Positions 1-14,168 of a DNA stretch of 64,000 bases are shown here, piece by piece. Below the pieces are notes generated by a model that was given only the letters and a program-made list of their open reading frames with translations, ran no database searches and was not told the origin of the DNA. Both the position numbers and the translations under genes were made by a program. The stretch spans positions 29,450,001-29,514,000 of the forward strand of contig OZ249436.1 in NCBI GenBank assembly GCA_965235115.1, read 5' to 3'. The DNA is from Laetmonice hystrix. Its lineage: Eukaryota. The stretch's first letter is position 1. Every line of letters begins with the position of its first letter.

Positions 1-2187
1 ATGTCACCACAGTGCATCAGGTTGGCATCGCTCTCCGGGCCTGGACGCTCCTCAAAAATTATATATCTGCCTGATTTGGAATCCTTATTCATGAATAATA
101 GGTAGGGCCTACTCAGAAAATACCATAGATTATTCAAATATGACTTACATGACTAACCTAGACCTATCACCTCCTGATCACGGACCACAGTTCCCAACAT
201 GCCGTCAATGGCGTCAATAAAAACACGCAGGAACACGGCCGCGTGTGAATATTTATTTTATAGGGCCTACGTGGCATAACACCCAGGCCTATACTAGACC
301 TAATGAAACAGTATTATCATTTAAATATGTTGGGGGGGGGGGGCTTATATTATGACATGTAAGGCCGAGGCCTTTGTGAAAACTAACATAAATGTAAGGC
401 CTATAGACCCACAGGCGTCCGCGGGGTGGGGGTGGTGGGTAAGGGGGGCAGTTGACATCCCCGCACTATAGATCTCAGCATTATGTTAGCATGTAGGCCT
501 ATATGATATAGCTATCGTGTCCGTAAGTAGGCATAGGCCTACTACTAGTTACTGGGTACGTAGGCCTACACAGAAGCGATCCTTATACGTTAGACAATAT
601 AGTGATCATGAATGTACACGAGGGACATTGACCTATAATAGTAGACATAAGTGATATTTAACCAAATAAGTTTCCTTACACTTTTGTATTAGATAAAGGG
701 GTAACTCCACCATGCAGCTCATTCTCGGAAACGTACCCCTGGAGCCCTCTTGCGGTAGCCGCTTGAAGCGTTGATGACGGCGATGACCACCAGATGTCAG
801 CACTGATTGTATTTGGCTCGACCATGCGGTAGCTGAGGTCGCTCTGAATTGCGATCATGTGAAAGATGTTATAAATATGGGGAAACGGAGAAGTTTTCTT
901 TCTCAAATAACAGGCAAACGTGTCACTCAAGGTATACTTTAAATATCTGAAGAGCGCACAACTACTCGATCACTTGGCCCTTTTCAATTTTATAATTTAC
1001 GGTATTCCTATAAGGACAGACATGGGCCTGCTCTAAAAGCCAAGTCGTCAAAAATAGCTACCTGCATTCAATTCAATTTATGCAAACACTATAGCGGCTA
1101 TTAGTAAACTGTTATTCGTACAGTTTGTGCAGCTAGCGAGTAGATACTCCGGCCCAGCCTGAATGTACATGCAGTGGCGCAGTGACCGGGGGGGGGGGGG
1201 GCAAGGGGCGCCGGTGGTTCGCTTACCCCGAGCTATAGGCCTAGAGAGAAATCTACTACTTGTGATGAAAGGCTTCTTCGCCAGTGTCTTTTTCATTAAC
1301 GTAGTGGAAAGTGCAACATGATTATCATGATGATATTTTGCTGTTTAAACCTACAAACATATTTTGGCCTTAAGAATGTGTATTACTTCAATAAAATAGA
1401 TAGGCCAAGGTCTAAAATTCTTATTTTTCTAGCACAGTACAGAAAGGGCACCGTCAACTGAAAGTTAAGTTTTATCACACATGCATAGTCCCTCCCGCCA
1501 TTTAATTATTGGAAAAGTCACATGGTAATCATTGTTTCCCTTGGTGGCACCTGAAGTTTGTCTGGCGCCTGGAGGTCGTGTCTTGTGTTCACACAGTCTC
1601 GATCATCCAGACCCTCAGCGGCCCGATCAGAGGTACGCCTTCTCGCACGCCTCTACTGTAACTGAAGACGATACATTACGCCCGGATCTCATTCCCGGCC
1701 TAACGCGCCTAATTCATTGTTGTTAGGACCCTGCTAACGATATTAAGACAGCCGTGCTCGCGACACCTGAACACATTAATAAAGATCTCAGCGGCCCGTC
1801 CACACACCTTATCGTCATTAATCCCTCGGGACCCATGTGGCCGGCTCGCAACAATTCGCCTAATTTGTGCTGATGACTTTAATCGGGCCGCCCGGATCCT
1901 TGGACGGTGTTCGACTAGGCAGGCTGCAAGGTGATAGACTTTCTTTGTCTCAGGTGTCCGCACTTTGCAGTAATCACCTTAGCGTGAATGAAATAGACAA
2001 CAGGTGTTGGAGGGTCGGCTCCAATGTGAATCCTTTTCAGGAAGGTTTCAAACACTTTCTACATAAGACACGCCACATTAATTACCAAGGCAGAAGGCAG
2101 TGTCACTGTTAAGGTCAAGTATAATAGGTAGAGTAAAAAGTGTTAATGGAAAAATAAATCAGGAGGGAACGCAAGCTGTGTGGGAAT

Positions 2188-2191
<4 letters not shown>

Positions 2192-2267
<76 letters not shown>
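2192..2267. repeat. (GA)n microsatellite
   Basis: Direct reading. Confidence 0.97.
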
Positions 2268-5200
2268 TCTAGATAGAGGGGGAGGGAAGGTAGATAGAAA
2301 GGCGATCAGAGTTGATGAATAACTGAACGCTCAAGGCTATGTTTTCAATAACCCCAATCCTGCGTAAAGCTTAGAAGGAAAACTTTGTTGTTTATAGACA
2401 CGTTGCATACAGATGATATCGAAATACTCTCCATAAAAAATGGCATTATGAATATCACCTATGAATTCTTTATCAGCGTTGTGGTGAATGATTTCCGACA
2501 CTTCATTTGTTATGTAAGCGAATTTACAGCGTTTCGATCGATAGAGTTAAGATTTTATGCAGTTCACTATGAGTACTATAACAGATGAATGAGAAAAGTT
2601 TCATCTTAAGAGGATCGTATGACATTTACGCTTCGAGTTAGAAAGAATGGCCAACCGGTAGTAAAAGGGCCTTTGTAATGATGTTGCATCTAGGAAATTG
2701 CAATGAATCATTACTTATTGACGAGCTAAATACCAACTTACATTATAAATTACTCACGTTTTATTTACAGAAATGGGGTTACATTGTATATGGTTTCCAT
2801 GGAAATTGAGTAAAGGTATGATGTTTGTATGTACATTATGTATCGAGATGTATACATAATATACAACTAATCAGTTTTGGATAAAAGGTATACTCCCGTA
2901 ACTGTATAAGTTCCACCATGATTACACTGAACATCTTTGGAAACATAATTTGGAACAAGGTTGCATGGTAGAAGATAATTGGGAATTTATATCATTTTCA
3001 CTCCTTCTTTTAGTGGGCGTAAAACTCTAATTCCAAGTACATTTGTGCAAGTAATACATTTGTAGAACCAACCCCATTTTCTGTGCAGAACACTGTAAAT
3101 GTAAGTAGTTCATTTTGCATCCAGTAATTCGGATATTATCTCCGTTTCAGAGTCCGACATTATCGGCATCATCATTCAAACTTTTCTATATTATATCTTA
3201 GAGCTGACTTTTGAAATAATGTCAGTCAAAGAGGTATTCCATGGCACTTGCGTGTTCCAGTCACGTCAGTATTTTGATTACCTTTAGAGGGGGTGATGAA
3301 ATTACTGAAATTACTAAATAAGCTCTCATCTCCGATATCAGGTATAGGTGAAGTGAGATGGGTTTAATGCAGCACTTTGTTTGGTTCAATATGAATGATG
3401 GGGTTAATTAAAAACGTTTATAGAGAGATGATATAGGAGCTGTGGACGGAGTGTGTGAAACCCCTTGTCGGATTTCCAAGTATTTGCTTTCCGTTCTGTA
3501 TTCATACGAATACTTACAGTCAATTTAACTTGCAAGGAATTCTTGATATTGAATTCACCCAAAGGGCACTTTTAATCATTACTTTGACATGAAAACATGG
3601 ACGCCGCGATGTATCAGAAGATCTTTTTGAAGGCAATTAATAATAATTGAGTAATGGGCTTGGTCATGTTGGCTGTTATCATAACGTTTCAAGCGAGAGA
3701 AACGTTTCCCCTTCATTTAGCATGCTTGATCGATTTCGTTCTTAGATCAACATTATTTTATTTATATTTCAATTTAGTTTGTAAGATTTGGGCGTCCAAT
3801 TATACTTATATCATATCAATCACTAATATTTGACGTGCGCGGTTAGTATAGAAAGCTTGGTTATACATGATCTGTGCAAATCTCTGTTTAATTCATGTAC
3901 CAAATTACTCTCACTACGGCTCGATGCTATCATAATGAAGATATCATCAAGAAGTTCTTCCGACACAGATGAACACCAAACAGGCGGTTTAACATTCTAA
4001 TCTTAACGCGCTGTGAGTACACATAATATACAATGACATATCCATGAACAGGTATTATTAACAGCTCGTAATTTCAAAGATTCTGTCAAAAAGTTCTCCC
4101 ATGATGTGATCAGCAGGCCCCCTATGTAAAAATGGAGATTCCGTAATATTCGCAATATTGACTTGAATAAGTTTAGAGTCTTGCATAATTTTCAGTTGAT
4201 GGCAGCATTGTGCATTCTAGAAATAAAGTGCAACGTTCTCCGGTTTCAATATCCACGGCCTTTTTACGTAAGAAAAGATCATCCCCATAGTTGATGAACT
4301 CCTTAATAATTTCAATGCCCCGGTTGTAATAAATAAATAAATAAACCGGCGAATTTTTATGAACGATGTTACATATAGATTATCACAAGAAATATAATTG
4401 GAACTGAAACACCCGTTTTTAATTTCGACAAATTTCCTTCAATCTTTTGCCATCAATTCATGTCGGAGGCTAATTACTGGGCAAACGCATGTCTTTCCAC
4501 TTACCTGACCACCCCCGGTCTCCAAAAAGAACCACCTGTAATTGACATTCGAGGTTAAGTAATAAAGATTCTCGGTAACGGAACGGTATGAAATAAGGGA
4601 TCATGTTACAACAATAAACTCGTTAAACAAGAAAGTATCTGAACGGCGGATAGACCCATAACAGATCAGTAACAGAGAGCCCGCTGTGTCCAACAGATTA
4701 ACAAACACCAAGCCATATTGCATATAGACAGCTGTCTGAACATGTCTTTGTGTCTAAATAAACAGCGCGTGTTCACCAACAGATTTGATTTTCTTAATCC
4801 GGCTCCTGCACGTGACTGGCAGGTCATGCATGCGTGCACCCTTGTGATAACATCAGGGTTATTTGGTTGCACCCGAAAGATGTTTCATTGTCTCCGTGAT
4901 ATACAAGCCGGCTTAAGAACTGGGTTCAATTATCGTGTCTTAAATTTCAAAATGCTTTATTGCATTTAATGATCATGGCACGGACATCACGCCGATTAGA
5001 CCCGCTGGGGGTGACCTTTGACCTGAGCGAAAGATAGAAGATGCCAATGAGGAATGTAAACCTTCTTGTGCCGTATGTATAACTCACACAATTTAGGGTT
5101 ATTCCAAAGGTTTCTGACAGATCGAGTGTGGATGTAAATACCTGAAATGTATTATAAACAGGCATGGCAATAACCTTCAGGGCAGGTCTCCCAAAGAAGG

Positions 5201-7877
5201 TGACTTTAAAGTGCAGCTTTAGAACTAACAAATAAAGGAATAATAATGACTTAATATCATGGCATCTTTGTGGAACGAGCAATATGGTTGCAAAATGTAG
5301 CTGAAGCACAGGGTCCACACAAGTATAACAGGGCCGATGACCATGTAGATGAGCAGACGCTACCTTGATGCATCTTTGTTTCCTTGACGTAATGACGTAA
5401 CACTTGTCTTCCTTTTATAATATTTCAGCTTCAGCTGTCAACTCTGAAAAAGTTAGATTCAGCAAAGCCGTGCGCTCTCGGTAGATACCCATATGTTCCG
5501 GGTCAGTGTACGCCGAACAATGTCAGCGCCAACGTGACACCCTGACTGGCGGGCGCCATGCTGAAGCCAGGTGCCCATCGACGCCACACGACGGCCCTTT
5601 ATTAACGACCTGCGCGTCACCCTGAACGTGATGCGCACCTCCTGAGTGCGTGAGTTTGTACTCATGGTTGGGGGAATTACTTTAATGCATTATTTAGATT
5701 ACTTGCCTGCCTTTGGCATACATGTATTTCTTCATAATTATATCTGTATCCATATATTGTTGGTGAAAGTTCTCCATTGAGCATTTCACAATTCACAAAA
5801 GAAACGCCTACACGCGTATTCATTTGTACTTCATGTTATATACTTGAGGTCAAATGTAATTAGAGAGGCCTAACTAGAGCTAATATCCGTTAAATTCACA
5901 TTTGTATTGCTTGTGTTTCTGTGGTTATAGAAAAAGTAGTGCAAAAAGTTGAAGATGTCTTGAAGACAAGTTTGGCTTGGCGGGGAGCTTTCTAAAACCT
6001 GTTTATGCACCTTAAAAAGTGAGTCGATCTGGTAATATAGAGATAGGAATAGGTAGGCGCAGTTCGCGGTACCTCAAACCATAGACCTGAATACAAATGA
6101 GCGGCATATGGATGCGTACCTCTCTCTTCAACACAAAACCCATGAAGTTCTGAACCCATATTCTCCCCAGTGCAGGATTGCCTAGGCCTATAGCAGTGGG
6201 GAGGCAAGTTGTTCAGGACATGCGCCATTGTTGTGAATTATTGTATTACAGGAGACTTGGACATGTTGAAGACATGTTTTGAGGCCAAAAAAGTTACAAA
6301 TTATCATGGTCATGAATTAAACATCCCATTTCGAAGAAACATTGATTTTGAATGTTATTTCAACTTACCGGTACATATCGAATAACTGAACGTGTTTATG
6401 AGGACATGTCGCCCTCTTATTGAAACCTTTCTTATAACGCCAAGATAGTCCCGGACTTTATCCTTCCATGACCCCCCCCCCCCCCCTCCCAAAATACAAC
6501 AAACAGGGACAATGTAAGTCGGCGTTGATCAAAACGTTGTCTGTAATCTAGGAGTGCATACAATTCAGTTGCACCCTAGGATGCCGACATGTGGCAAGTG
6601 AACGCGCCCGATCGACGAGCCTCCTGTCCGGAATGACCATTGTTCTGTGAAGTGTCCATATTACCATAATTATATAAAATATCCATTACTTTAATCTGGC
6701 CTCAACAATAGAGCACACTGAGCGGACAGGTTCGAGGACCAAGCACGTGTTGGCTGGACAGCGGTCTGAGTGTACGAGGGTAGGACTGACCAGTGCAGTC
6801 ACTATACCCTACCCCACCTCGCCCACTGCACTGGGGCATCAATCAACCTGGATCATGGCTCTGTAGACTATGCATAACTCCCGTCTCGCATAAAACGTCA
6901 TAAGAACGTTTTCTTCATACAATATAAACATACCCAAAGTTCGCTTCGGTCTGGCTTCAAAGTGCGCGCTGTGAAGGCTGCGAGACACAACACAAAATCC
7001 GGAGTACGGCGGAGAACATGGGCATGGCGTTATGTAGCGGGACTTCGCCTTAATTAGGGCCGTTCACAGGGCGAGCCCAGCATCCTCGTCCTCCTCCTCC
7101 AAGCCTGCCGCCACAAATTACCCCTCTCCCAGGGAAATGGTGTCAATCACCTTGATAGAAATCTGATGGGGTGTGGGGGTAGGGGCAGGTCTGCCTTGGA
7201 TACCGCGGGGTAATTTCGCGGACAAGGGCGTTAGATAATTGCAACAATTTCAAATTGACTCTCATAAACATCCATCAATAGTTCTTGGTGTTATGCAATA
7301 AAAGGGTTGGCTGTGAAATTAAAATTGGTTATGGTTGGCGATTTTTACCGCGCCGAGTTAGGAGTGATCGATGGGGAAAACTTTGCTGTTGCTGTTAAAT
7401 CTGGTTTACAATTAAACCGTTGCTTATCGTCAGGAGGGATCCAAACAGTGAAATGACGCCGGAGTTAATTAAGCCAGATAGGGACGACTCGGTGTCATCG
7501 TGCACCAATATAGCTTATATAAGAACTACACTTATAGGCGGACGCACTTGATTTGCGATGTTACCACAGATCGCGCTATCAGAAGATAAGCCAATGTAAT
7601 TAAGGCAAGCGACATTCTTCAAATTTCCAACAATAAGGAACGTGTATATGGATTATATCTCTACGGGCCAACATGTTGGTGATATTTCAGCCTGTTTGCA
7701 TCACCACAGAATGTAATAGTCTTGTAAACTTGATGTGTCTATAGAAGTTTGGTTATCTCTGCGGGATCACATCATAACATGTATTTATAACCGTATTAGG
7801 CGTTTGTTATGATGAGGCAGAAATATGCCTTTAAAACTATAGGCTTGTATCGCAGGCTTGGATCTATGAATTCAACA

Positions 7878-8017
7878 CACTCTAAAAACAGATTGGTTGA
7901 ATTAACCAATATTGGTTGAAATGTGCCAACCAATCCAATTGGTTGGACACATTTCAACCAATATTGGTTGATTCAACCAATATCTTGGTTAATTTCAACC
8001 AATCTGTTTTTAGAGTG
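7878..8017. mobile_element. Palindromic MITE, 140 bp, CMC/EnSpm-like termini
   Basis: TIRs CACTCTAAAAACAGATTGGTTGAA / TTCAACCAATCTGTTTTTAGAGTG, internal aaccaat/attggtt subrepeats, and CA on both flanks (2-bp TSD). Confidence 0.7.
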
Positions 8018-8604
8018 CAGGCAAATTCGGGAAACTCTCTTCATAATCCACCCGGACATCATACATTGAGAAAACGTTCACAGTGGCGTCACAAGCCTTG
8101 ATTAAAACACAATGCAGTACAAGGGGTTTTTGGATACCAATTGTGTCTGATATTCTCCCACGACCTTTGCCCTGCGCTCACTTATTCTCTATAGAAAATC
8201 TTCATGAACTGTAGTTCGTGTTCCCGCGCACCAGAAGTGGCCAATAAAGAACGAGGCTCATCAGCGAACAAAATGTCACTTATCCGTGGCATATGTCAAA
8301 ACCCATTGGCCACCTGTTGTCTAATGTTCACAATTCGCCGTCTGGCTGCATGGTTGGTGGGGTGGCCGCCCTCCCCCGCACTCACCGCCTCCGCCGCTAC
8401 AGGAGGCAGTAATAACTGACGGCGGGCACGATGTAATCAGGGATTCACGCGAGGGGTGTATTGAGAGGTGGGGGGGGGGGGGGGGTGCCACCAGCTCTCA
8501 AGCCGGAAGGAGGAGATGGTGCCACCTAGTCCACCCGATATTGACTTTTTGTATATATCAGCTATAAAAGGTTTTCAATAAAGTCAGCGATTTTTGACGA
8601 ATAA

Positions 8605-9342
8605 GGTGCTACCAGCTCTCTGACCAGGAGGGAGTAGATGGTGCTACCAGCTCTCTGACCAGGATGGATTAGATGGTGCTACCAGCTCTCTGACCAGGAG
8701 GGAGTAGATGGTGCTACCAGCTCTCTGACCAGGATGGATTAGATGGTGCTACCAGCTCTCTGACCAGGAGGGAGTAGATGGTGCTACCAGCTCTCTGACC
8801 AGGAGGGATTAGATGGTGCTACCAGCTCTCTGACCAGGAGGGAGTAGATGGCGCTACCAGCTCTCTGACCAGGAGGGTGGAGATGGCGCCACCAGCTCTC
8901 TGACCAGGAGGGAGTAGATGATGCTACCAGCTCTCTGACCGGGAGGGAGTAGATGGTGCTACCAGCTCTCTGACCAGGAGGGAGTAGATGGTGCTACCAG
9001 CTCTCTGACCAGGAGGGAGTAAATGGTGCTACCAGCTCTCTGACCAGGAGGGAGTAGATGATGCCACCAGCTCTCTGACCAGGAGGGTGGAGATGGCGCC
9101 ACCAGCTCTCTGACCAGGAGGGAGTAGATGATGCTACCAGCTCTCTGACCGGGAGGGAGTAGATGGTGCTACCAGCTCTCTGACCAGGAGGGAGTAGATG
9201 GTGCTACCAGCTCTCTGACCAGGAGGGAGTAGATGGTGCTACCAGCTCTCTGACCAGGAGGGAGTAGATGGTGCTACCAGCTCTCTGACCAGGAGGGAGT
9301 AGATGATGCCACCAGCTCTCTGAGCAGGAGGGAGGAGATGGT
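8605..9342. repeat. Minisatellite, 35-bp unit, about 21 copies
   Basis: Unit gatggtgctaccagctctctgaccaggagggagta, with diverged seed copies near 8485-8530. Confidence 0.97.
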
Positions 9343-10081
9343 CTGCTGACGCTGTGACGCTCAGTGCCAGCACTTGGCGAGAACTACAATGGCTCTGGGC
9401 ACTCAGTCGTCGATGATAGTGATCAGGCACGATCAAAGAGCGGGCGGCCCGTTTAGGGGATGTTGTCTGCCGGGGACCCAAGGTCAGTCGCCGGTCGCCA
9501 GTCGCCGGTCGCCGGTCAGGGGGACCAGTTGGCCCGGCCGGTGGTCGCACACCCCCGGGGACAACACGAGCCCACTCACCAGTTGATTAAACATAAATAG
9601 CAAGCCCTAAGAACCCCCACCCCCCACTTTAATCATTAATGACTTATCGTCTATCCACCCGCTGTTATTTTGTTTTGTAATTAAAACGGCGGCAAAACAG
9701 TTGGAAATGCAAATGCGCATAGATCAGGATTAACGCAAATTGAACGGGGTGGTGGCAGACTGGGAAATAATAAACCGCACTGGGATCTAACAAAGAATTG
9801 ATGAATTAACAGTCGCTGCAACTGTTTTATTTAATATCGAGAATTGTTATTGTAGGCAGAGTGTGTTTCATAATTAGAAATTGTGCAGTAATTCACTAGC
9901 TTTGGTGTGACATTAGCCTTAATGATCCGGGACCCCTGGTGGTAGAGTCTTGGCGAGCCTTTGTTTGGCATGCACACGCCTGACTATCGTATGGCACGCG
10001 TTTAACACCGGACCTGCAAACATCTGGCCACGGAACGCATGCAGGTCGGCCGGTGGACTGAGGAGCGCTTGGTACGATTGG

Positions 10082-10346
10082 AATTTGTAACACTGTAACA
10101 AATAATGATATTACAGGGCATGGACCAAATTCGTAACACTGTAACACATTTATGATATTACAGGGCATGGACCAAATTCGTAACACTGTAACACATTTAT
10201 GATATTACAGGGCATGGACCAAATTCGTAACACTGTAACACATTTATGATATTACAGGGCATGGATCAAATTCGTAACACTGTAACACATTTATGATATT
10301 ACAGGGCATGGATCAAATTCGTAACACTGTAACACATTTATGATAT
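10082..10346. repeat. Minisatellite, 47-bp unit, about 5.5 copies
   Basis: Unit aaattcgtaacactgtaacacatttatgatattacagggcatggacc. Confidence 0.95.
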
Positions 10347-10926
10347 ATATATTACAGGCGAGAAAGGGCAACCGAACATTGACGGACCCCACCTGCAGCG
10401 CACTCTGTTGGCATTACATGGCGTTGTTCGTGTACAACCCTAATCATGTAAACCCTGAGTTGTATAGTTATGAGGTAGGCCTACATGTATAGGCCCTACT
10501 GTGATTATAGTTTACGATACGTGCTACTGAAAAGGAGCAAAAAGTGGCTTTTGGATGGTGATTGATATTGACCGTCCACGACTCACTTCAGTGCGCAGAC
10601 AACACCGTTACGGCACGCCTTGCCTGAATGAGTGGCGCCCCCTGCCATCGCTAGAACAAGTTGTCGTCACGAGTCCCAATAATCCATTCCAATGTTCCTG
10701 GTGAAAGGGTTGTACATAAAAAAAAATTATTAATTCTTTTGCTTGCCCTTTGTCCATCATTCGATTTTCTTGTCGAACTGATGTTAGCAAACACGGTCAT
10801 TAGGCCTAATTGATGCACTGTGCTTGTCTGTTTGGAAGGGAGGGTGGGGTAGGGGGTGCCAAGGCCCATACCGCGTTTCATTTGCAGGGGAATGGGGAAA
10901 CAACCTTATACAGGTGACTCCTGAAA

Positions 10927-12580
10927 ATGAGGTAGTGTTTCTTCAGGGACTGCATGTTCCGTACATTGCATAGTTGGCCGACTGATCCTTTTTCCCCCGG
11001 TTGGCCATCATCCATTTTCAATGTACCGAGGCCTCGACACTGCCATTCTCTCGAATCTCTGCCCCCCCCCCCCCCCATCGTATGAGGGCAAGACGACGCG
11101 AAACCCTGGCAGACCGTGGCCAGGTGTGGCTGTTTGTAAGCACGCGGCAGGGTATGTTGTGGCGCCTGCCGTGAGTTCACGTGCCAGGCGCTCTGATCAG
11201 AGATGTTTCACGTGTCGTCGGTACGGGCACGTTCTGCCGTGCACGCCGCCAACAGCACCAGCACAGCACCAAATTAAAGTCTAATTAATAGGCCGAAATG
11301 AACAAAGAAACACTCTCACGTGCAACACTTGTACAATCCTTAGACTTACAGTTCCTAGCCACACAATTTGACTCGCATTAACGGGCAAACATTCACTTTT
11401 AAGTGTCTGCCCTCCAGCGGCTGGCCACGTGCAAGGCCAGTTGTAAAAATGGGTTGTTTCCGTGCCCTATAGTGGCCGCGGGCTGCTATTATGGTCGCGC
11501 AGTTTAACAACAACGGAAGAACACGAACGTCCCACAGTTAGAAATACAGTGCCATAACGTCACGTCACGGATCACTGCCCATGGCTTATTCAGGGGGCAA
11601 ACTGCTATAACGCTGGTAGCATATAATTACACGTTTTGTGCTATTGAGGTTTAAAGCTCACTCATTGCTTCGGGGGGATTGGGTCTTGTATGAACACAGG
11701 GGGAGGGGTTGGATGCAATGTAGGGGTGTTTATGGGGGGTGTATGGAAAGGCCTTTGACAGCATGCTACCATATGTCCAGGTGAATAATTAATGTTTACG
11801 ATGTATGAATTAAACAAAATGTTTCAAGGCTATCCCTAACTAAACCCTGCATAATTGATGACCTGCTCTGGTCAGCGATTGGCCGTTTCGCTTCTCAGAG
11901 GGGTTCTTTCAGCATATCAAACGGCTCTTTATCAAATAGAATATAATTCTCTCACTGAACACTGAGGTGGGTCCATATGGTTGGGACTGATTAGTAAGCG
12001 CTGTGCCGTGTTGGACCCCGAAACAATTATTGTTGTTTTGTTTAACAAATGCATAAAGACAATAAGTATGGCACGAGCCCAAGGCACCCTTTGATGTCTG
12101 AGGGCTTCAAAATGCTATATCTAGAGGGGACATCTATTGGCGTGATGATCTGACATGACACAGCTGGCCTCGGCAGACATCTCACCTTCCGTGACCGAGG
12201 CCGTGACATATGGACTGTGAGGGTGATTAGAACGCGCTTCATCACCATGTCATGTTGGTCGGTGAGGGTTCACGCATGTCGAACGTCATGGCAACGCGTA
12301 ACGTTGACGTCGTCGTCGCTGAAAGACATGCACATGTATCCGAGTGGTCTTACGTGATTTGGTAGGTGAACTGAATTGTCCACAGGCTGCCAGGGTTTCG
12401 CGTCGTCTTGTCCTCATAGGAAGGGGGGGGGCAGAGATTCGGGAGAATGGCAAAGGCAGGAACGCAGTGTCGAGGCCTCGGTACATTGAAAATGGATGAT
12501 GGCCAACCGGGGTAAAAAGGATCAGTTGGCCACTATGCAATGTACGGAACAGCTAGTCCTTGCAAGAAACACTGCCTCTT
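10927..12580. mobile_element. Pair of ~200-bp diverged inverted repeats (10927-11119 and 12380-12580) around a ~1.26 kb core
   Basis: For example gttccgtacattgcatag...aaaccctggcag on the left is mirrored by ctgccagggttt...ctatgcaatgtacggaac on the right. No TSD was identified. Confidence 0.5.
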
Positions 12581-14168
12581 ATACGCGACATCCTCTACCG
12601 TCCGATGCGGTTTGGCGAAAGCAAATACATGGCCCTGTACCATGATGAAGTTTTCTATAATAGCATTTTTCATCGCATATAATCATTTTCACATGATAGA
12701 TGCCCTAGTCTATATTTTTTATCGGAAACGGAAAAACTCTATAGACTACCCTGGCGTCATTTAAAATTAGGGAATTTACAAATGACGTAGAGCCTACATA
12801 AAAAAAAATCAAGCAATTATTCCAAACTGACTCTACTGTTCCTTCTCATGGTTGTACAGGAACTGTCTGTATAACTTGCATGGTATGGTAATATAAGATG
12901 CTGATGTAAGGGCCTAAAATATTATTATGTTGAGACCAGAAATATTACCGAACTCTGATATATACAGGAGTTACGTGACGAATCAATCCGTGTCGTAGAG
13001 TCTCTCAAACCTATTCCCACGTTATGACCAGTATAAGCTATAATTACCACACAATGCAGGACTATAGAGCTACATTATCCACGGCATATCTCTACCCTGA
13101 CATCTGTTTTTTTGACTGGAATTAACCCACAAAATGCCTTCGTCACACGAATATGAGATTTAACAGTTACCGACGTCTATTAGAGGTGTAAGCAACGTCA
13201 AGAAGGCTATCAGTCAAAAGCAGGTGATAAGTTAGTTTATTGCCAATTATTTGTGTATATCGCGTGGAGGTCCATGTCACGGGTTTATTATAGGCCCAGG
13301 TGTTGGATTTAATAGTTAGCCAACACGCACGGAACATATCGCACACATATTGTGACCGTCACGGTCGTAGGGGAGAAATCTGGATTATGGGTGCACTTAT
13401 TGTGACAGGCCGAATTGCATGTTTACAGATAGGTATGGAGATAATGGTATTTTTTTTGTTCCCATATATACTTAGAGTCTGACCGTGAGATTTCCATGCA
13501 TGTAAAGGAAAGGTATGGCAACATGCTTGCACACTTATGCACATACCATATGCAAATGGAGACACAAAGACAAAATTGCGTGCAACATGTTCATGTATGA
13601 GACCAACATATTCTTTTTTTCTATTTTGTGAAATTGAATTTGTTAAAACACCGATTTTAATACGTTAAATATTATGTAATGTCTATCAGTTGAAGAAAAT
13701 CTATCAAATTTCCAAGCAATTATAGCAAAAAAATGGTTTGTGTGATATATAAACATAAGGTCTGAGATTCAAGCACAAATCCACCACGACAGCGCGGTAT
13801 TGACTCAAGTTTGATTCACAGAATTAAAAACTACCATTTTCATAAGAAAAGCCGAAATTCCTTAATACCTGGAGTCTTTACAAAGTAGGTTTGTACATCG
13901 GTATTCATCCATTCAATTTCCTCTCATTATATTAATTTAGGTTAGCTTTAACATTAAATATGGCTTTTTTGAAAGGGGAAAGTGCATGAAATTAAGACTC
14001 CATAGAGGGATAATGGATCCTTGTTGTTCTTATACTTGCACTGATTACTTAACATTCATCATTGGTTGCTATTCTATTCTATGAGATCCCCGGGGTGACT
14101 GGAGGCCGCTCCTGCTCCACTATACAAGTGAAAATGTCCTTTTCGTTCAAGTTAGTAATTGCCCACCA

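Noticed and set aside
4505-4535. Minus-strand 31-nt micro-exon-like segment (acag|...|GTAAGT)
   Set aside because: Good splice signals, but no partner exons or recognisable peptide; expected by chance in 64 kb.
6690-6840. GGTTCGA B-box-like motif and a hairpin suggesting a tRNA or SINE
   Set aside because: No matching A box, cloverleaf or tail.
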